In this document: positions 50,501 through 62,181 of the stretch, piece by piece
Layout of the letters: each line of letters begins with the position of its first letter
Position numbering within the stretch: the first letter of the stretch is position 1
Assembly: GCA_903813345.2 (NCBI GenBank)
Contig: CAIIXF020000001.1
Location: forward strand, 49,538,001 to 49,602,000
Reading direction: 5' to 3'
DNA from: Owenia fusiformis
Lineage: Eukaryota
DNA length: 64,000 bases
The notes under the pieces: generated by a model
The model's input: the letters and a program-made list of their open reading frames with translations, nothing else
Database searches by the model: none
Told to the model about the DNA's origin: nothing
Program-made: the position numbers and the translations under genes

Positions 50501-53500
50501 TTATATGTTTGTTTTCCACACTTGATAATTTGTATTGTTTATTATTCGGACAACACAATGTTTATCATATGTTTTGTTTGTTTTTACAGACTTAATGTTT
50601 ATTGTTGATAATTTGAACAACACAATGTTTATTGTATGTTTGTTTTTCCGACTTGACAATGTTTCTTGTTGATTATTTTAACAACACAATGTTTATCATA
50701 TGTTTGTTTTTTGGACTGGACAATGTTTATTGTTGATTATTTGAACAACACAATGTTTATCATTTGTTTGTTTTACAGACTTTAACAATGTTTATCATAT
50801 GGACCTGGAGAGACTTATTGTCTGTTATTATTGGCAATATCTATTGTCTGTTGAGTATATGGACTTAACAATGTTTACTACACAACCGTACCTTTTTTCA
50901 GGACACCAAAGACTGTGGAGAACTTTGTGGTACATAGTAAGAATGGCTACTTCAATGGTCATCTATTCCATAGAGTCATCAAAGGATTCATGATACAAAC
51001 TGGAGACCCACTAGGTAACAACTATTTTGAATACATTTTTATCGCACCCTAAGGTGCTATATTGTAATCAGTTTGTGGGGCGGTTGGGCGGGCGGTTGAG
51101 TGGGCGTCCCGAATAATCTTGTCTACAGGTTTCCAGCCAAACCGTTTGAGGGATTCATTTGAAAGTTTAGAACTGATTAGTTTTTCGCCATTCTGGGTTA
51201 ATGTTATTTCTGATTTTATTGTAAGAAACTAAGAATTGGAAACATCTTGCATGATTGTTTCATTATATATAATGGAAATTCACTTGGTCAGGTGATGCAC
51301 ATGTATGTCAATAGGATTTTTTGCAAAGTGCTTTGTTTCATTTTACAAGCCACTTTTGTTTTGTGGCAGCGTCAATTCTTGTGTGCCAGTTTAAGGCTCA
51401 TAATCAGACAAACAGATTAAGTTTATTATTAAGAATGTATTGGTATTATGAGATGCCATTGATAATCAATTAAGTGGGATGCCAACTGGAAAAGTTGGGG
51501 AGTTGGGAATTATGCTGAAGAAGAACATATTGTAATGATAGGATCACATTTTTGAGGTTTAATCACTTTATTTTGTTGTTCAATGTTTTGTCTTTAAAAA
51601 TCAACAAGACAGAAGATTATTTTAAATCAGATTGTTTATTTCAAATATTGAATTTTGGTAAGACATAAACAAGATATACATATATACAAAATATACATAC
51701 TATAGTACAAATATCAATTGATAAAAATTGTCACATAGGAATAAATATGTGATTTGGCAACTCCTTGAATTTGGCATTAGTTGGCTTCATTGTTAGACAC
51801 AAGTTGGTGTATAAATGTTCAATGTCCATTTTGTGTCAAATATTATCTCATGAACTTGGACTTTCTGGTGTTTCCTTTCAAGTGAATCTTCTGATGTCGG
51901 TTCAGGTTCCCAGACTGGGTGAAAGCAGCAGGGCAGGTGTCACACTTGTAGGGCTTGTCACCAGTGTGGGTCCTGACATGCTTGGAGTAGGTAGAGTAGT
52001 CACTGAAGCCACGACGACAGAACTCGCAGCTGAATGGCTTCTCCCCTGTGTGGGTCCTTGCATGTGTCTTGAGGGTGGCGCTCTGGGCAAATGTCTTGTG
52101 GCAGATGTTGCAGGAGTATGGTCGCTCTCCAGTATGGACCCTGATGTGATTCTTGAAGTTGGCATGGTTGGTGAATCTTTTTCCGCAGTAGTTACACTTG
52201 AGCGCAGTCTTGTCTTTGGAGACACTGGCACGTGGTTTGCGACTTGGTTTCACTGGCAGTGGAGACTTGAAGCTTGGTGATGCACTATGAGAGTCAGCAG
52301 TGAGATCATTAACCATGTCTCTGAGGATGGAGTCATTCACAGTGGAGTAGAAAGTTGGGGTGATATCTTGGAGTGAGTTGTAAGCAGTGGGCTGCGAGCA
52401 ATATATGGTGTTGCGCTGATGTGGCTCCATATTGGGGATACCTCCGGTATCATCTCTGTTGATGTCATCCACCATATGCTGGTATAGAGTGTCATTCATG
52501 TTGGCTTGGATTGTAGGTTTGATATCTTGTAGAGTTGTATCCACGTTTGGTGTGAGGCTGTTAAAGTACATTGCTGGTGTGATATCCATGATATTATCAC
52601 TATGATGAGTGTCACAAGCGTAGATGCCCGGACAAATTTCCTCAGGTGATGGAAGTGGCGTAGTAGATACAAGAGGTGTTGTATCTCGGTAACCAGTCTC
52701 CTCATCCAATAACACGGCAGCAAGGTCAGATACTTTCATCTCTTGTAGTGGGTACATGAAATCCAAATTGATGTCACTATCAACAGATTCCCTTAGAAGA
52801 GATCCACAGAGTGTGTTGTTCATATCAACATTGTTGTCCTGGTTACTTGGTGACACATAATCCATGAGGCAGTTGTTGCTATAGTGATATGATGAGACAT
52901 CTAAGAGAGACTCTGTTGTGTAGTTTTCCATATTGTTTTCTTATTTGTGATTTAATATCTGCTTGTTTGTTGTTTATCGCTGTTTGTGTTAGTTCATGTG
53001 CTGTAGATTGCTCTAAGACTGAATGAACTAAACTGATTTTACATGGATATATATACAGATCCTTGGTGTTGATCTTGTTGATCAAAGGAATTTCAGGATT
53101 CATTGAAATGGCATCAAGGATCAAGGGAGTTAGCTCATCACTCGATTGTGTTTAATGTTTTATAATTCCATTCAAAACATTTAAAGTTTTAATCTTGTGA
53201 TTATCATCAAACAGATTATTTAAATTATTAAACTAGATTTAATTTTTAGTCTGCTTGATAGTACAATTATTGACCAGAATAAAGATGTTTTGATAAATGT
53301 TTTTTTTTTTAATCTGTTTGATATTGTAAACAAAGAAAACTTCATTCGTATACAAAAAGTATATTATCCTGGCCCGTAGCCAAGGGGGGTTCGTAGGGTT
53401 TGGGTGACCCCCCCCCCTGGCCAAAATTTCTTTCAAAATCATGCAGTTTTTCACTATTTTGAGCACTTCTCAAATGATTTTTGTCATATTTGGGCCAAAA

Positions 53501-56500
53501 TTGTCAAATGTGAACCCCTCCCTGGAAATTTCTGAAAACTGAACCCCCCTTGGCAAATCCTGGCTATGGGCCTGTTATTCCAAAACTTTTCAACAATTAT
53601 ACATTTTACTATATAAGTAAATTCTCATGTTTGAATTTACAATTTAGACAGTGCTTAGGTTCTGTATTTTTATTTACTGTTAACTTGATATTAAAGTATT
53701 TAATTTGGTGAATTTCCTAATTTTTGACATTTGGCAGATTTGGGCTAAGTTCAATTTCTGCATTTTCACACATTCTCAGTTCGTGGAATTACATTAGAAA
53801 CAACTATAAAGCTTCTTATTGGAAAACGCTTTGCAATATCGTGTATAAATGCAAGTACCTACAACTGTTTTTGATGTTATAAGTAATGGTTAATCAATTT
53901 ATATTTTTACTGTACATGTATTGTAGCCTGGTATTGTAGCTTTTGTATGAATGAAATGTCCCTTGGTGTCATGGTCCTGGATTGTGATAGTGGAACTTGA
54001 ATGGTTGGGGGAGGGGGGTGGGGGTATTAGACATTGTTTCTTTTCACGTTGGATTCTGGTTTGGCACAGTTGTGGCTTGTTTTTCTTATGATTGACGTAC
54101 ATTTAAATGTTTTCTGTAACTGTAACATGTTTTAGCCCTTTCCCTTTGGCACTTTTGCGTTCATATTTACAAAATCAGGTATCCTGATTGCACAATAATG
54201 TCTAAAGCATTAAAGGATTTTTATTCTTACATGAGAAATGAATTGTATAGCATATCATATAATTGCTGAACAGCTTTGGAATAATCAACTTTTTGTAAAA
54301 AACTTTGAATTTTTCTTTGTATAAAGTATCAAACAGATTAAAAAGCAACACTTCTCAAAACATCTTTCTACTGGGCAATAATTGTATTATCAAACAGATT
54401 AAAACATAATGTTAATACCTTAAAATGTGTTTGATGATAATCACAGACAAGATTAAAACTTTGATGTTTTCAACAAGATTAACAAAACATTAAAACCAAT
54501 CAAGTATTCAGTTGGACCATTTGATCCCTAATCCCATTGCCATTGATCCTACAAACCCTGTAATCAAAAAGGATCAACACCCTAGATGAGTATATGTATC
54601 CATGTAAAATCAGTGGAGTTCATTCAGTCTTAGAGCAATCTACAGCACATGAACTACATGTATAACATAAACAGCGATAAACAACAAACAAGCAGATATT
54701 AAATTAAAGTTTGACACAAATAAGAGAAGAAAACAAAATGGATAACTACACAACAGAGTCTCTCTTGGATGTCTCATCGTATCACTATAGCAACAGCTGC
54801 CTCATGGATTATGTGTCACTAAGCAACCAGGACAACAATGTTGATATGAACAACACGCTCTGTGGATCTCTTCTGAGAGAATCTGTCGACAGTGACATCA
54901 ATTTGGATTTCATGTACCCACTACAAGAGATGAAAATGTCTGACCTTGCTGCTATGTTCTTGGATGAGGAGACTGGTTACCGGGATAACACACCTCTTGT
55001 ATCTACTACGCCACTTCCATCACCTGAAGAAATGGGTCCTAGCATCTACGCTTGTGACACTCATCACAATGATTATATCATGGATATCTCACCACCAATG
55101 GACTTTAACAGCCTAACACCAAACGTGGATACAACTCTACAAGATATCACACCTACAATCCAAGCCAACATGAATGACACTCTATACCAGCATATGGTGG
55201 ATGACATCAACAGAGATGATACCAGAGGTATTCCCAACATGGAGCCACATCAGCGCAACACCATATATTGCTCGCAGTCCACTGCTGACAACTCACTCCA
55301 AGATATCACCCCAACTCTCTACTCCACCGTGAATGACTCCATCCTCAGAGACATGGTGAACGATCTGAACACTGACTCTCAAAGGCCATCACCAAGCTTC
55401 AAGTCTCCACTGCCAATGAAACCAAGTCGCAAACCACGTACCTGTGTCTCCAAGGACAAGACTGCTTTCAAATGTACCTACTGTGGGAAGAGATTCACAA
55501 ACCGTGCCAATTTCACAAACCACATCAGGGTCCACTCTGGGGAGCGACCATACTCCTGTAACATCTGTCAGAAGACATTTGCCCAGAGTGCCACCCTCAA
55601 GACACATGCCAGGACCCACACAGGCGAGAAGCCATTCAGCTGCGAGTTCTGCCGTCGTGGCTTCAGTGACTACTCCACCTACTCCAAGCATGTCAGGACC
55701 CACACCGGTGACAAGCCCTACAAGTGTGACACCTGCCCTGCTGCTTTTGCCCAGTCTGGGAACCTGAACCGACATCAGAAGATTCACTTGAAGGGAAACA
55801 CCAGGAAGTCCAAGTTCATGAGATAGTCTACTACACACAATGGAAATTGAACATTTATACACTAAATTGTATACAACAACATTTACAACAAAGTCATTTA
55901 ATGCCAAATATAATGAGTTGCCAAATATCGTATTTTATTTCTGTATGAGATTTTCAATCAAATGCATGGACATTTGTACACTTGTATATTTATGTATATA
56001 TTTTTTATATCTTAACAATGCTCAATATTTGGAATAAATAGAGTAAAAATATTAAAAAAATTATCTTTTGTTTTGTCAATTATTAAAGATGAAAGTGTGT
56101 CGCATTAAACAATCAAAAGAATAACTCACTAAATCTCAAAATGTTGATCTACCATTAAAATGTGGTCACATTAGCATGCTCTCCCCACTCCCTCACTTCC
56201 CCAGTTGGCGTCCCACTTCATTGTTTAATACTCATAATATCAACACATTTTATTGAAATAAACAAAAACCGTCTTTTGTCAAAATGAGACTGGGATACAA
56301 GAATTCGTAGAGTTAGGTGTAATTTTACGCAATAGCCTGTGATCGTTTTACAGTGTGTTCTTACCTAAAAACAGGCTCATCAGATTCCCAGTGCATTGGG
56401 GAACATCCAATTCTTATAAAATGACAGCTATCCATCTAGTTTTTCTGTAATGTGAGGTTAAGCACAGAAATATTTTGATTTTTTCAGGAAATACATGAAT

Positions 56501-59500
56501 GGAGTTATATTTCTTTTTCTTTACCATTTCATTGACAAGATATGCAATTTTTGTGTGTATGAACTAACATTCGAACATGACTGTATTCACGCCTTCTATA
56601 AACTGTAAACAAAGTCAACATTTCACCCAGGGTATACGCGAACAATACCCCTGTTAATATGTGTAATGTGTGACGTCATAATGGGCTGTAGTAATGGCGG
56701 ACCATAATGAATATTAGAAACATTTTGGTGAGTTTTCATGTTCGAATAGTAATATAAACTTCAGAGCAGGTGTAATATCATCGAATACATCCCTAAGGGC
56801 TAGGCACAAAAGCTTTTGAACCCCCCACTTCCTTCGGTCAGTCGGGGTACATAAAACATTTGTGCCTAGCCCTGCGGGGTGTATTCGACAATATTACCCC
56901 TGCTCTTCAGTCTACATTTCTTAAAAATAGCCTCCAATCTGCAAATTTTAACTTCAAAATGATCGATAAAAGAAAAATGACTAAATTTTAGAAATGCTTG
57001 ATGAAATAAAAAATTTACTGGACGCAAGCCTGTTAATACCGGATGGCATGCGTCCTGAACATTTTCATTTCGTCCGGTATTTCTTTATATTTCGTCATTT
57101 TTCTTTTTTCGATCATTCCAAAGCTAAAATTTGCCATCTGGAAGTTGTATTCTTATTCCATACACAAGAAAATTGCATATCTTGTCAATGAAATGGTAAA
57201 TTAAAAGAAATCTGACTCTTTTCGTGCATTTCCTGGGAAAAAATCAAAGTATTTCCGTGTTTAACTCCACATTACAAAAAATCTAGATGGATGGATGACT
57301 GTCATTTTATAACAATTGTGTGTTCCTCAATGTACTGGAAATCTGATGAGCCTGTTTCTAGATAAGGAAACACTGTAAAACGATCACAGGCTACCGAGTA
57401 AAATCACACCTACCTCTCTCTGGATCAAAAATGGAGGTCTGCGTCCAGTATCTCAGTTTGTACCAGACGAAAATATTGTTTTAATATTTCTAACCCCTGC
57501 GTTTCTAACCCCTGCAACTTGTGATTTTTTTCAGAATCAGACCATGTTTTGTATTGATCCCATTTACAAAATACAAGAATTTCCAAACATTTATACTAAC
57601 TGCCATGTCAGCAGTTTAATACTATTTACATTGTACTTGGTCTGTTGTGAATGGATATTTCAACACAATTTTTTCAATTTTTATTTTAAATCCAATGTTC
57701 TAGCATGGTTGTTCATTTTGTATTGTTCCTTTATTTCATTTTACATGCCAATTTTGTTTTGTGATAGCATCAATTCTTTTTGCCAGTCTAAGGCTCATAA
57801 TCAGAAACATGTTAATATTCCATTGATAATCAATGAAGTGGGATGTCATTTTGAAAAATGGTGGCCCTCACACCTTATTTCGTAGAGGGTTTATGTTTTG
57901 ATATGTAAATACTTAGAAGCTTGTGATACTGTCAGATGATACTTTGGCTAGTAAGAGGGCAATTTTATTGTGTCGTGGATTGATTTTATCGAAATTTTAT
58001 ATGTAAATACTACTTAAAAGCACACTGCCAAGTGATAATTTGGCTAATATGTGATTATTTTTTAGGTGTTTCTTTTTTATTTAAAAATAGCAGCCATTTT
58101 TATTGCTGTAACTCGAATAGTAGTGGAGCGATTGTCTTCATATTTGATATGTGAATACTTCCCACTGTCTTGTGAAACTTTTACTAGCAGGTGACCATTT
58201 TGAAAAATGGTGTCCATTTTGATGTGTTATTTTGCATTTTTGTTATAACTAGACTAGAAGTAGAAATTGTATATGTTGTCCTTACAAACATATCGTACTG
58301 TCTAATGAGAATTTGGTTAATTGCAAAAATGGCAGGCATTTTTTTTTATTTTAGAGTTATTACTGTAACAAGCACTATAAGTAGTATTTTGATATTTTAC
58401 ATGTAAAAACTTTGAATCATGACACATTTCATTTCGATGATTTTTTAAAAAGCAGCTACTTGCAAAATGGTGGTAAAATGATTTTGTCGATATTTATTGG
58501 GACTATGTAAATACTTGCAAGTATGACACATTATCTTTTAGCCATTTTGAGACATAATTTCTAGCAGTGTTGTCTGAAACTGACATTAGCTGTTTGATGG
58601 GATTTGCTATGCCTTTGTGTCGCTGTTATCTAGTTCTTATTTTGGTTGTTTAATCCCACACACTTTCATCTTAATAATTGACAAAACAGATGATTATTTT
58701 TATTTTTTTATTTCAAATATTGAACTCTGTTAAGATATAAACAAAATATATAAATAAGTAAACATGTTCTTTGAACAAATACCAATGCATTTGATTGAAA
58801 ATTGTCACATAGAAATAAAAACGAGATTTGGCAACTCATTGAATTTGGCATTAAATGATTTCATTACACAAGTTAGTGTATAAATATTCAATGTCCATTG
58901 TGTATAGTAGATTATCTCATGAATTTGGACTTTCTGGTGTTTCCCTTCAAGTGAATCTTCTGATGTCGGTTCAGGTTCCCAGACTGGGTGAAAGCAGCAG
59001 GGCAGGTGTCACACTTGTAGGGCTTGTCACCAGTGTGGGTCCTGACATGCTTGGAGTAGGTAGAGTAGTCACTGAAGCCACGACGACAGAACTCACAGCT
59101 GAATGGCTTCTCGCCTGTGTGGGTCCTGGCATGTGTCTTGAGGGTGGCACTCTGGGCAAATGTCTTGTGGCAGATGTTGCAGGAGTATGGTCGCTCCCCA
59201 GAGTGGACCCTGATGTGGTTTGTGAAATTGGCACGGTTTGTGAATCTCTTTCCACAGTAGGTACATTTGAGCGCAGTCTTGTCCTTGGAGACACAGGCAC
59301 GTGGTTTGCGACTTGGTTTCATTGGCAGTGGAGACTTGAAGCTTGGTGATGCCTTTTGAGAGTCAGTGTTCAGATCATTTACCATGTCTCTGAGGATGGA
59401 GTCATTCACGGTGGAGTAGAGCGTGGGGGTGATATCCTGGAGTGTGTTATCAGCAGAGCACTGGGAGCTGGAGCCAGTATTATACTGATGTGGCTCCAAG

Positions 59501-61113
59501 ATTGGGATATCACAGGTATTTTCTCTGTTGATGTCATCTACCATATTCTGGTACAGAGTGTCATTCATGTTGGCTTGGATGGTGGGTGTGATATCTTGTA
59601 GAGTTGTATCCACGTTTGGTGTTAGGCTGTTATAGTCCATTGCTGGTGTGATATCCATTAAAGAATTACTGTGACGAGTGTCACAAGTGTGGATGATCGG
59701 GCCCATTTGTTCAGCTGGCGTAGTAGATACAAGAGGTGCGTTATCCCGGTAACCAGTCTCCTCATCCAAGAACACGGCAGCAAGGTCAGACACTTTCATC
59801 TCTTGTAGTGGGTACATGAAGTCCAAATTGATGTCACTGTCAACAGATTCTCTCAGAAGAGATCCACAGCGAGTGTTGTTCATATCAGTGATGTTGTCCT
59901 GGTTGCTAGGTGACACATACTCCATGAGACAGTTGTTGCTATAGTGATATGATGAGACATCTAAGAGAGACTCTGTTGTGTAGTTATCCATTTTATTTTC
60001 TTCTCTTATTTGTTTCAAACTTTACTTTAATATCTGCTTGTTTGTTGTTTATCGCTGTTTGTGTTATAGTTCATGTGCTGTAGATTGCTCTAAGACTGAA
60101 TGAACTCAACTGATTTTACATATATATATATACCAATCTAGGGTGTTGATCCTTTTTGATTCGAGGGTTTGTAAGATCAATGGCAATGGGATTATGGATC
60201 AAATGTTTCACCTGAAGACTTGATGGGGTTTTTATGTTTTGTTAATCTTGTTGAAAACATCAAAGTTTTAATCTTGTACATCATCAAACATATTATTTGA
60301 ATTATTAAACTGGATTTTAATCTGTTTGATAGTACAATTATTGACCAGAGTAAAAAGGTTTTGAGAAAAGTGTTTTTTAATCTGTTTGATATTTTATACA
60401 AAGAAAACTTCAGTTTTATACAAAAACGTATATTATTCCAAAACTGTTCAGCAATTATACTTTTTGCTATACAAGTAATTTCTCGTGTTTGAATACGTAA
60501 TTTAGACATTCCCAAGGTCAATTACAATTAACTTGATATCAAATTATGTGCCTATGAATTTCAGGGAGTGGTACAGGGGGTGAATCTATCTGGGGTGGTG
60601 AATTTGAAGATGAATTCCACCCAAATCTACGACATGATAGACCATACACACTCAGTATGGCTAATGCTGGCCCCAACACTAATGGCTCACAGTTCTTCAT
60701 TACAGTGGCACCTACTGTAAGTATATATAGATACATATACATATTACATGTAGTTTTTTTAGATTATTTGTTTCCATTATTTGAAGATACCTCGGATGAA
60801 GAAAAATAAATTATTGTAATTAGGTGACTTCTGTGCAGTAGACAGAGTCAATTTTGTGACAGTAAGCTTACAGTAAAATGTTCCTAAATAGAGCCATGTG
60901 AAAGATATTACGAAGTATTATATGCAAGTTTGTATACTTATTAACCAATTTTCATGTGTTTTTCAGCCGTGGCTTGATAACAAACATACCATATTTGGGC
61001 GGGTAACAAAAGGCATGGAAATTGCACAGAACATTTCAAATGAGAAGACACATCCAAAAACAGACAAGCCATACGAGGATATAAAAATCATAAGTGTGAC
61101 TTTGAAACAATAA
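41585..61113 (+). CDS. PPWD1: Peptidylprolyl isomerase domain and WD repeat-containing protein 1, 15 exons, about 615 aa
   Basis: Exons 41585-41681, 42567-42669, 44545-44648, 44936-45031, 45391-45478, 45941-46046, 47280-47423, 47753-47908, 48349-48496, 48837-49080, 49681-49747, 50097-50179, 50902-51014, 60565-60716 and 60967-61113 total 1848 nt. Motifs include [48 protein letters not shown] and [13 protein letters not shown]. Confidence 0.96.
41904..42435. repeat. ~135 bp unit present twice in tandem and once inverted in PPWD1 intron 1
   Basis: CTAGAGTCCATTTCACTGCTTCATTTCGTCAGTAGAACGGC near 41905 and 42039, with the reverse complement at about 42296-42434. Confidence 0.85.
43002..44506 (+). 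mobile_element. Non-autonomous Helentron/HINE-like element carrying a ~161 bp internal tandem array
   Basis: Sub-terminal inverted repeat ATGTCCCCACC...GGTGGGGACAT, a (GTCC)n microsatellite near the 5' end, and 5-6 copies of GCCATTTTGGATTTTCCGTCCTAAAATCTTGTCTGT at about 43580-44455. Confidence 0.7.
50400..50880. repeat. Degenerate ~60-65 bp tandem repeat in PPWD1 intron 12
   Basis: Recurring AACAACACAATGTTTAT..TATGTTTGTTTT..GACT. Confidence 0.7.
51843..52931 (-). CDS. Intronless 4x C2H2 zinc-finger transcription factor, Glass-like, copy 1 (362 aa), nested in PPWD1 intron 13
   Basis: Uninterrupted ORF with four fingers and TGE(K/R)PY-type linkers. Helices DYSTYSKH and QSGNLNRH resemble Glass fingers 4 and 5. 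Confidence 0.88.
   Translation of the reverse strand: MENYTTESLLDVSSYHYSNNCLMDYVSPSNQDNNVDMNNTLCGSLLRESVDSDINLDFMYPLQEMKVSDLAAVLLDEETGYRDTTPLVSTTPLPSPEEICPGIYACDTHHSDNIMDITPAMYFNSLTPNVDTTLQDIKPTIQANMNDTLYQHMVDDINRDDTGGIPNMEPHQRNTIYCSQPTAYNSLQDITPTFYSTVNDSILRDMVNDLTADSHSASPSFKSPLPVKPSRKPRASVSKDKTALKCNYCGKRFTNHANFKNHIRVHTGERPYSCNICHKTFAQSATLKTHARTHTGEKPFSCEFCRRGFSDYSTYSKHVRTHTGDKPYKCDTCPAAFTQSGNLNRHQKIHLKGNTRKSKFMR
53369..53574. mobile_element. MITE inserted upstream of zinc-finger copy 1
   Basis: Ends CTGGCCCGTAGCCA...TGGCTATGGGCCTG with flanks TTATC/TTATT. The paralogous site at about 60430 (TATATTATTCC) is empty. Confidence 0.8.
54320..54640 (+). promoter_or_regulatory. Putative promoter of zinc-finger copy 2, with homologous blocks at about 53030-53360 and 60100-60440
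   Basis: TATA-like run near 54590 with TCAGT Inr-like motifs 20-35 bp downstream. ATCAAACAGATTA is repeated at 54328 and 54389. The layout is kept in all three copies. Confidence 0.55.
54738..55826 (+). CDS. Intronless Glass-like C2H2 zinc-finger gene, copy 2 (362 aa)
   Basis: Paralog of copy 1. The ATG at 54738 aligns with the other copies. TATA/Inr-like sequence lies upstream and AATAAA is at 56033. Confidence 0.88.
   Translation: MDNYTTESLLDVSSYHYSNSCLMDYVSLSNQDNNVDMNNTLCGSLLRESVDSDINLDFMYPLQEMKMSDLAAMFLDEETGYRDNTPLVSTTPLPSPEEMGPSIYACDTHHNDYIMDISPPMDFNSLTPNVDTTLQDITPTIQANMNDTLYQHMVDDINRDDTRGIPNMEPHQRNTIYCSQSTADNSLQDITPTLYSTVNDSILRDMVNDLNTDSQRPSPSFKSPLPMKPSRKPRTCVSKDKTAFKCTYCGKRFTNRANFTNHIRVHSGERPYSCNICQKTFAQSATLKTHARTHTGEKPFSCEFCRRGFSDYSTYSKHVRTHTGDKPYKCDTCPAAFAQSGNLNRHQKIHLKGNTRKSKFMR
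56308..57419. mobile_element. Long-TIR foldback element between zinc-finger copies 2 and 3, with a nested small hairpin element at about 56760-56915
   Basis: About 250 bp imperfect inverted arms containing TAGCCTGTGATCGTTTTACAGTGT. The nested GGGCTAGGCACAAAAGCTTT element also occurs at about 35620. Confidence 0.75.
58912..59991 (-). CDS. Intronless Glass-like C2H2 zinc-finger gene, copy 3 (359 aa)
   Basis: Paralog with an intact ORF. ATG at 59991; 3-codon in-frame deletion relative to copies 1 and 2. Confidence 0.88.
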   Translation of the reverse strand: MDNYTTESLLDVSSYHYSNNCLMEYVSPSNQDNITDMNNTRCGSLLRESVDSDINLDFMYPLQEMKVSDLAAVFLDEETGYRDNAPLVSTTPAEQMGPIIHTCDTRHSNSLMDITPAMDYNSLTPNVDTTLQDITPTIQANMNDTLYQNMVDDINRENTCDIPILEPHQYNTGSSSQCSADNTLQDITPTLYSTVNDSILRDMVNDLNTDSQKASPSFKSPLPMKPSRKPRACVSKDKTALKCTYCGKRFTNRANFTNHIRVHSGERPYSCNICHKTFAQSATLKTHARTHTGEKPFSCEFCRRGFSDYSTYSKHVRTHTGDKPYKCDTCPAAFTQSGNLNRHQKIHLKGNTRKSKFMR

Positions 61114-62085
61114 TATTTTTATACTGAATGATGATATGCAAATAAAAAAAGTAAATATAATTTGTATTAAGTCCAGTATTAAGTTTATGATTATCTACAG
61201 TGGCAACAGTTATTTCCTGAAACAAAAGGTTTATTTAGGCACTATTTGGTGAAGTTGGATGGATGACATGGATTTAACAGCATTGGGGGCTAAAAAGTTT
61301 GGGAGCCTGATTTTAATTTCACCACCAGAAGTGGTGACATATGACATGTTTGGCGGTTGGTGTCTGTTACAAACTGCAGGTGGCGACACTTTGCATGTTG
61401 ATGCCTTGTATTGTCATATCGTAGTTATATTTTGAAAATTCCATTGAGAAATATGTCCTCTTTTACAACCCCCTCCATAAATATAGGAAGAAGTTTTCTT
61501 GGATAATATATTAAAGCCTATCAATGTTTGAACTTTTTGACAAATTCGATAAATTGTTTTAAATGTTCAAACATAAAGGGCTTTGATAAGTTGTCCAAAA
61601 GGGAACTTCTAGTTCCTAAACGTATGGAGGGGAGAGTATGAGATAAATGGTTGTTAAGACTAGCACCACTTCACAGATCAAAAGTAGAACCCATTTTTTT
61701 TCGATTATGTCATGCTTTCATTTGTTCTTAAAGTAGTGAGGTAGATTTAGGGAAAATACCATAATGCTCTGTGGCATCAAGAAAATTTTCACTTTTTGGC
61801 CACGCCCCAAAATTCAAGATATAAATAGAGAAGCCGTGAAGAGGTTTTACTTAGCACAGAAATTACAGACTCTTTTTTAGCTGTTACACAAATTGTACAA
61901 TTAACTGGACAGAAAGCATAACACCCTAGGATTGTAACATTTCATGAGCTGAATAAGTGGGTATTTAATTTAAAGGGACACAAGATCCTATAATTTTGAA
62001 TTTCAGATTAATTATGCCATTATTTATGATCCAATGGATGTTTTTCTTGCCAATCCCATCTTGGAATTGAAAATCAAACTGGTAA

Positions 62086-62181
62086 AATGAGTATGGCCAA
62101 CCCTGAGTAGGAATAAATAAATGAGTATGGCCAACACTGAGTAGGAATAAATGAGTATGGCCAACACTGAGTAGGAATAAA
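62086..62181. repeat. ~32-34 bp tandem repeat, 3 copies
   Basis: AAATGAGTATGGCCAACACTGAGTAGGAATA repeated three times. Confidence 0.85.

Noticed and set aside
51765..59349. Antisense 164-172 aa ORFs and alternate-frame 107-109 aa ORFs overlapping each zinc-finger array
   Set aside because: These are typical shadow ORFs of C2H2 codon usage, and their recurrence follows from paralogy.
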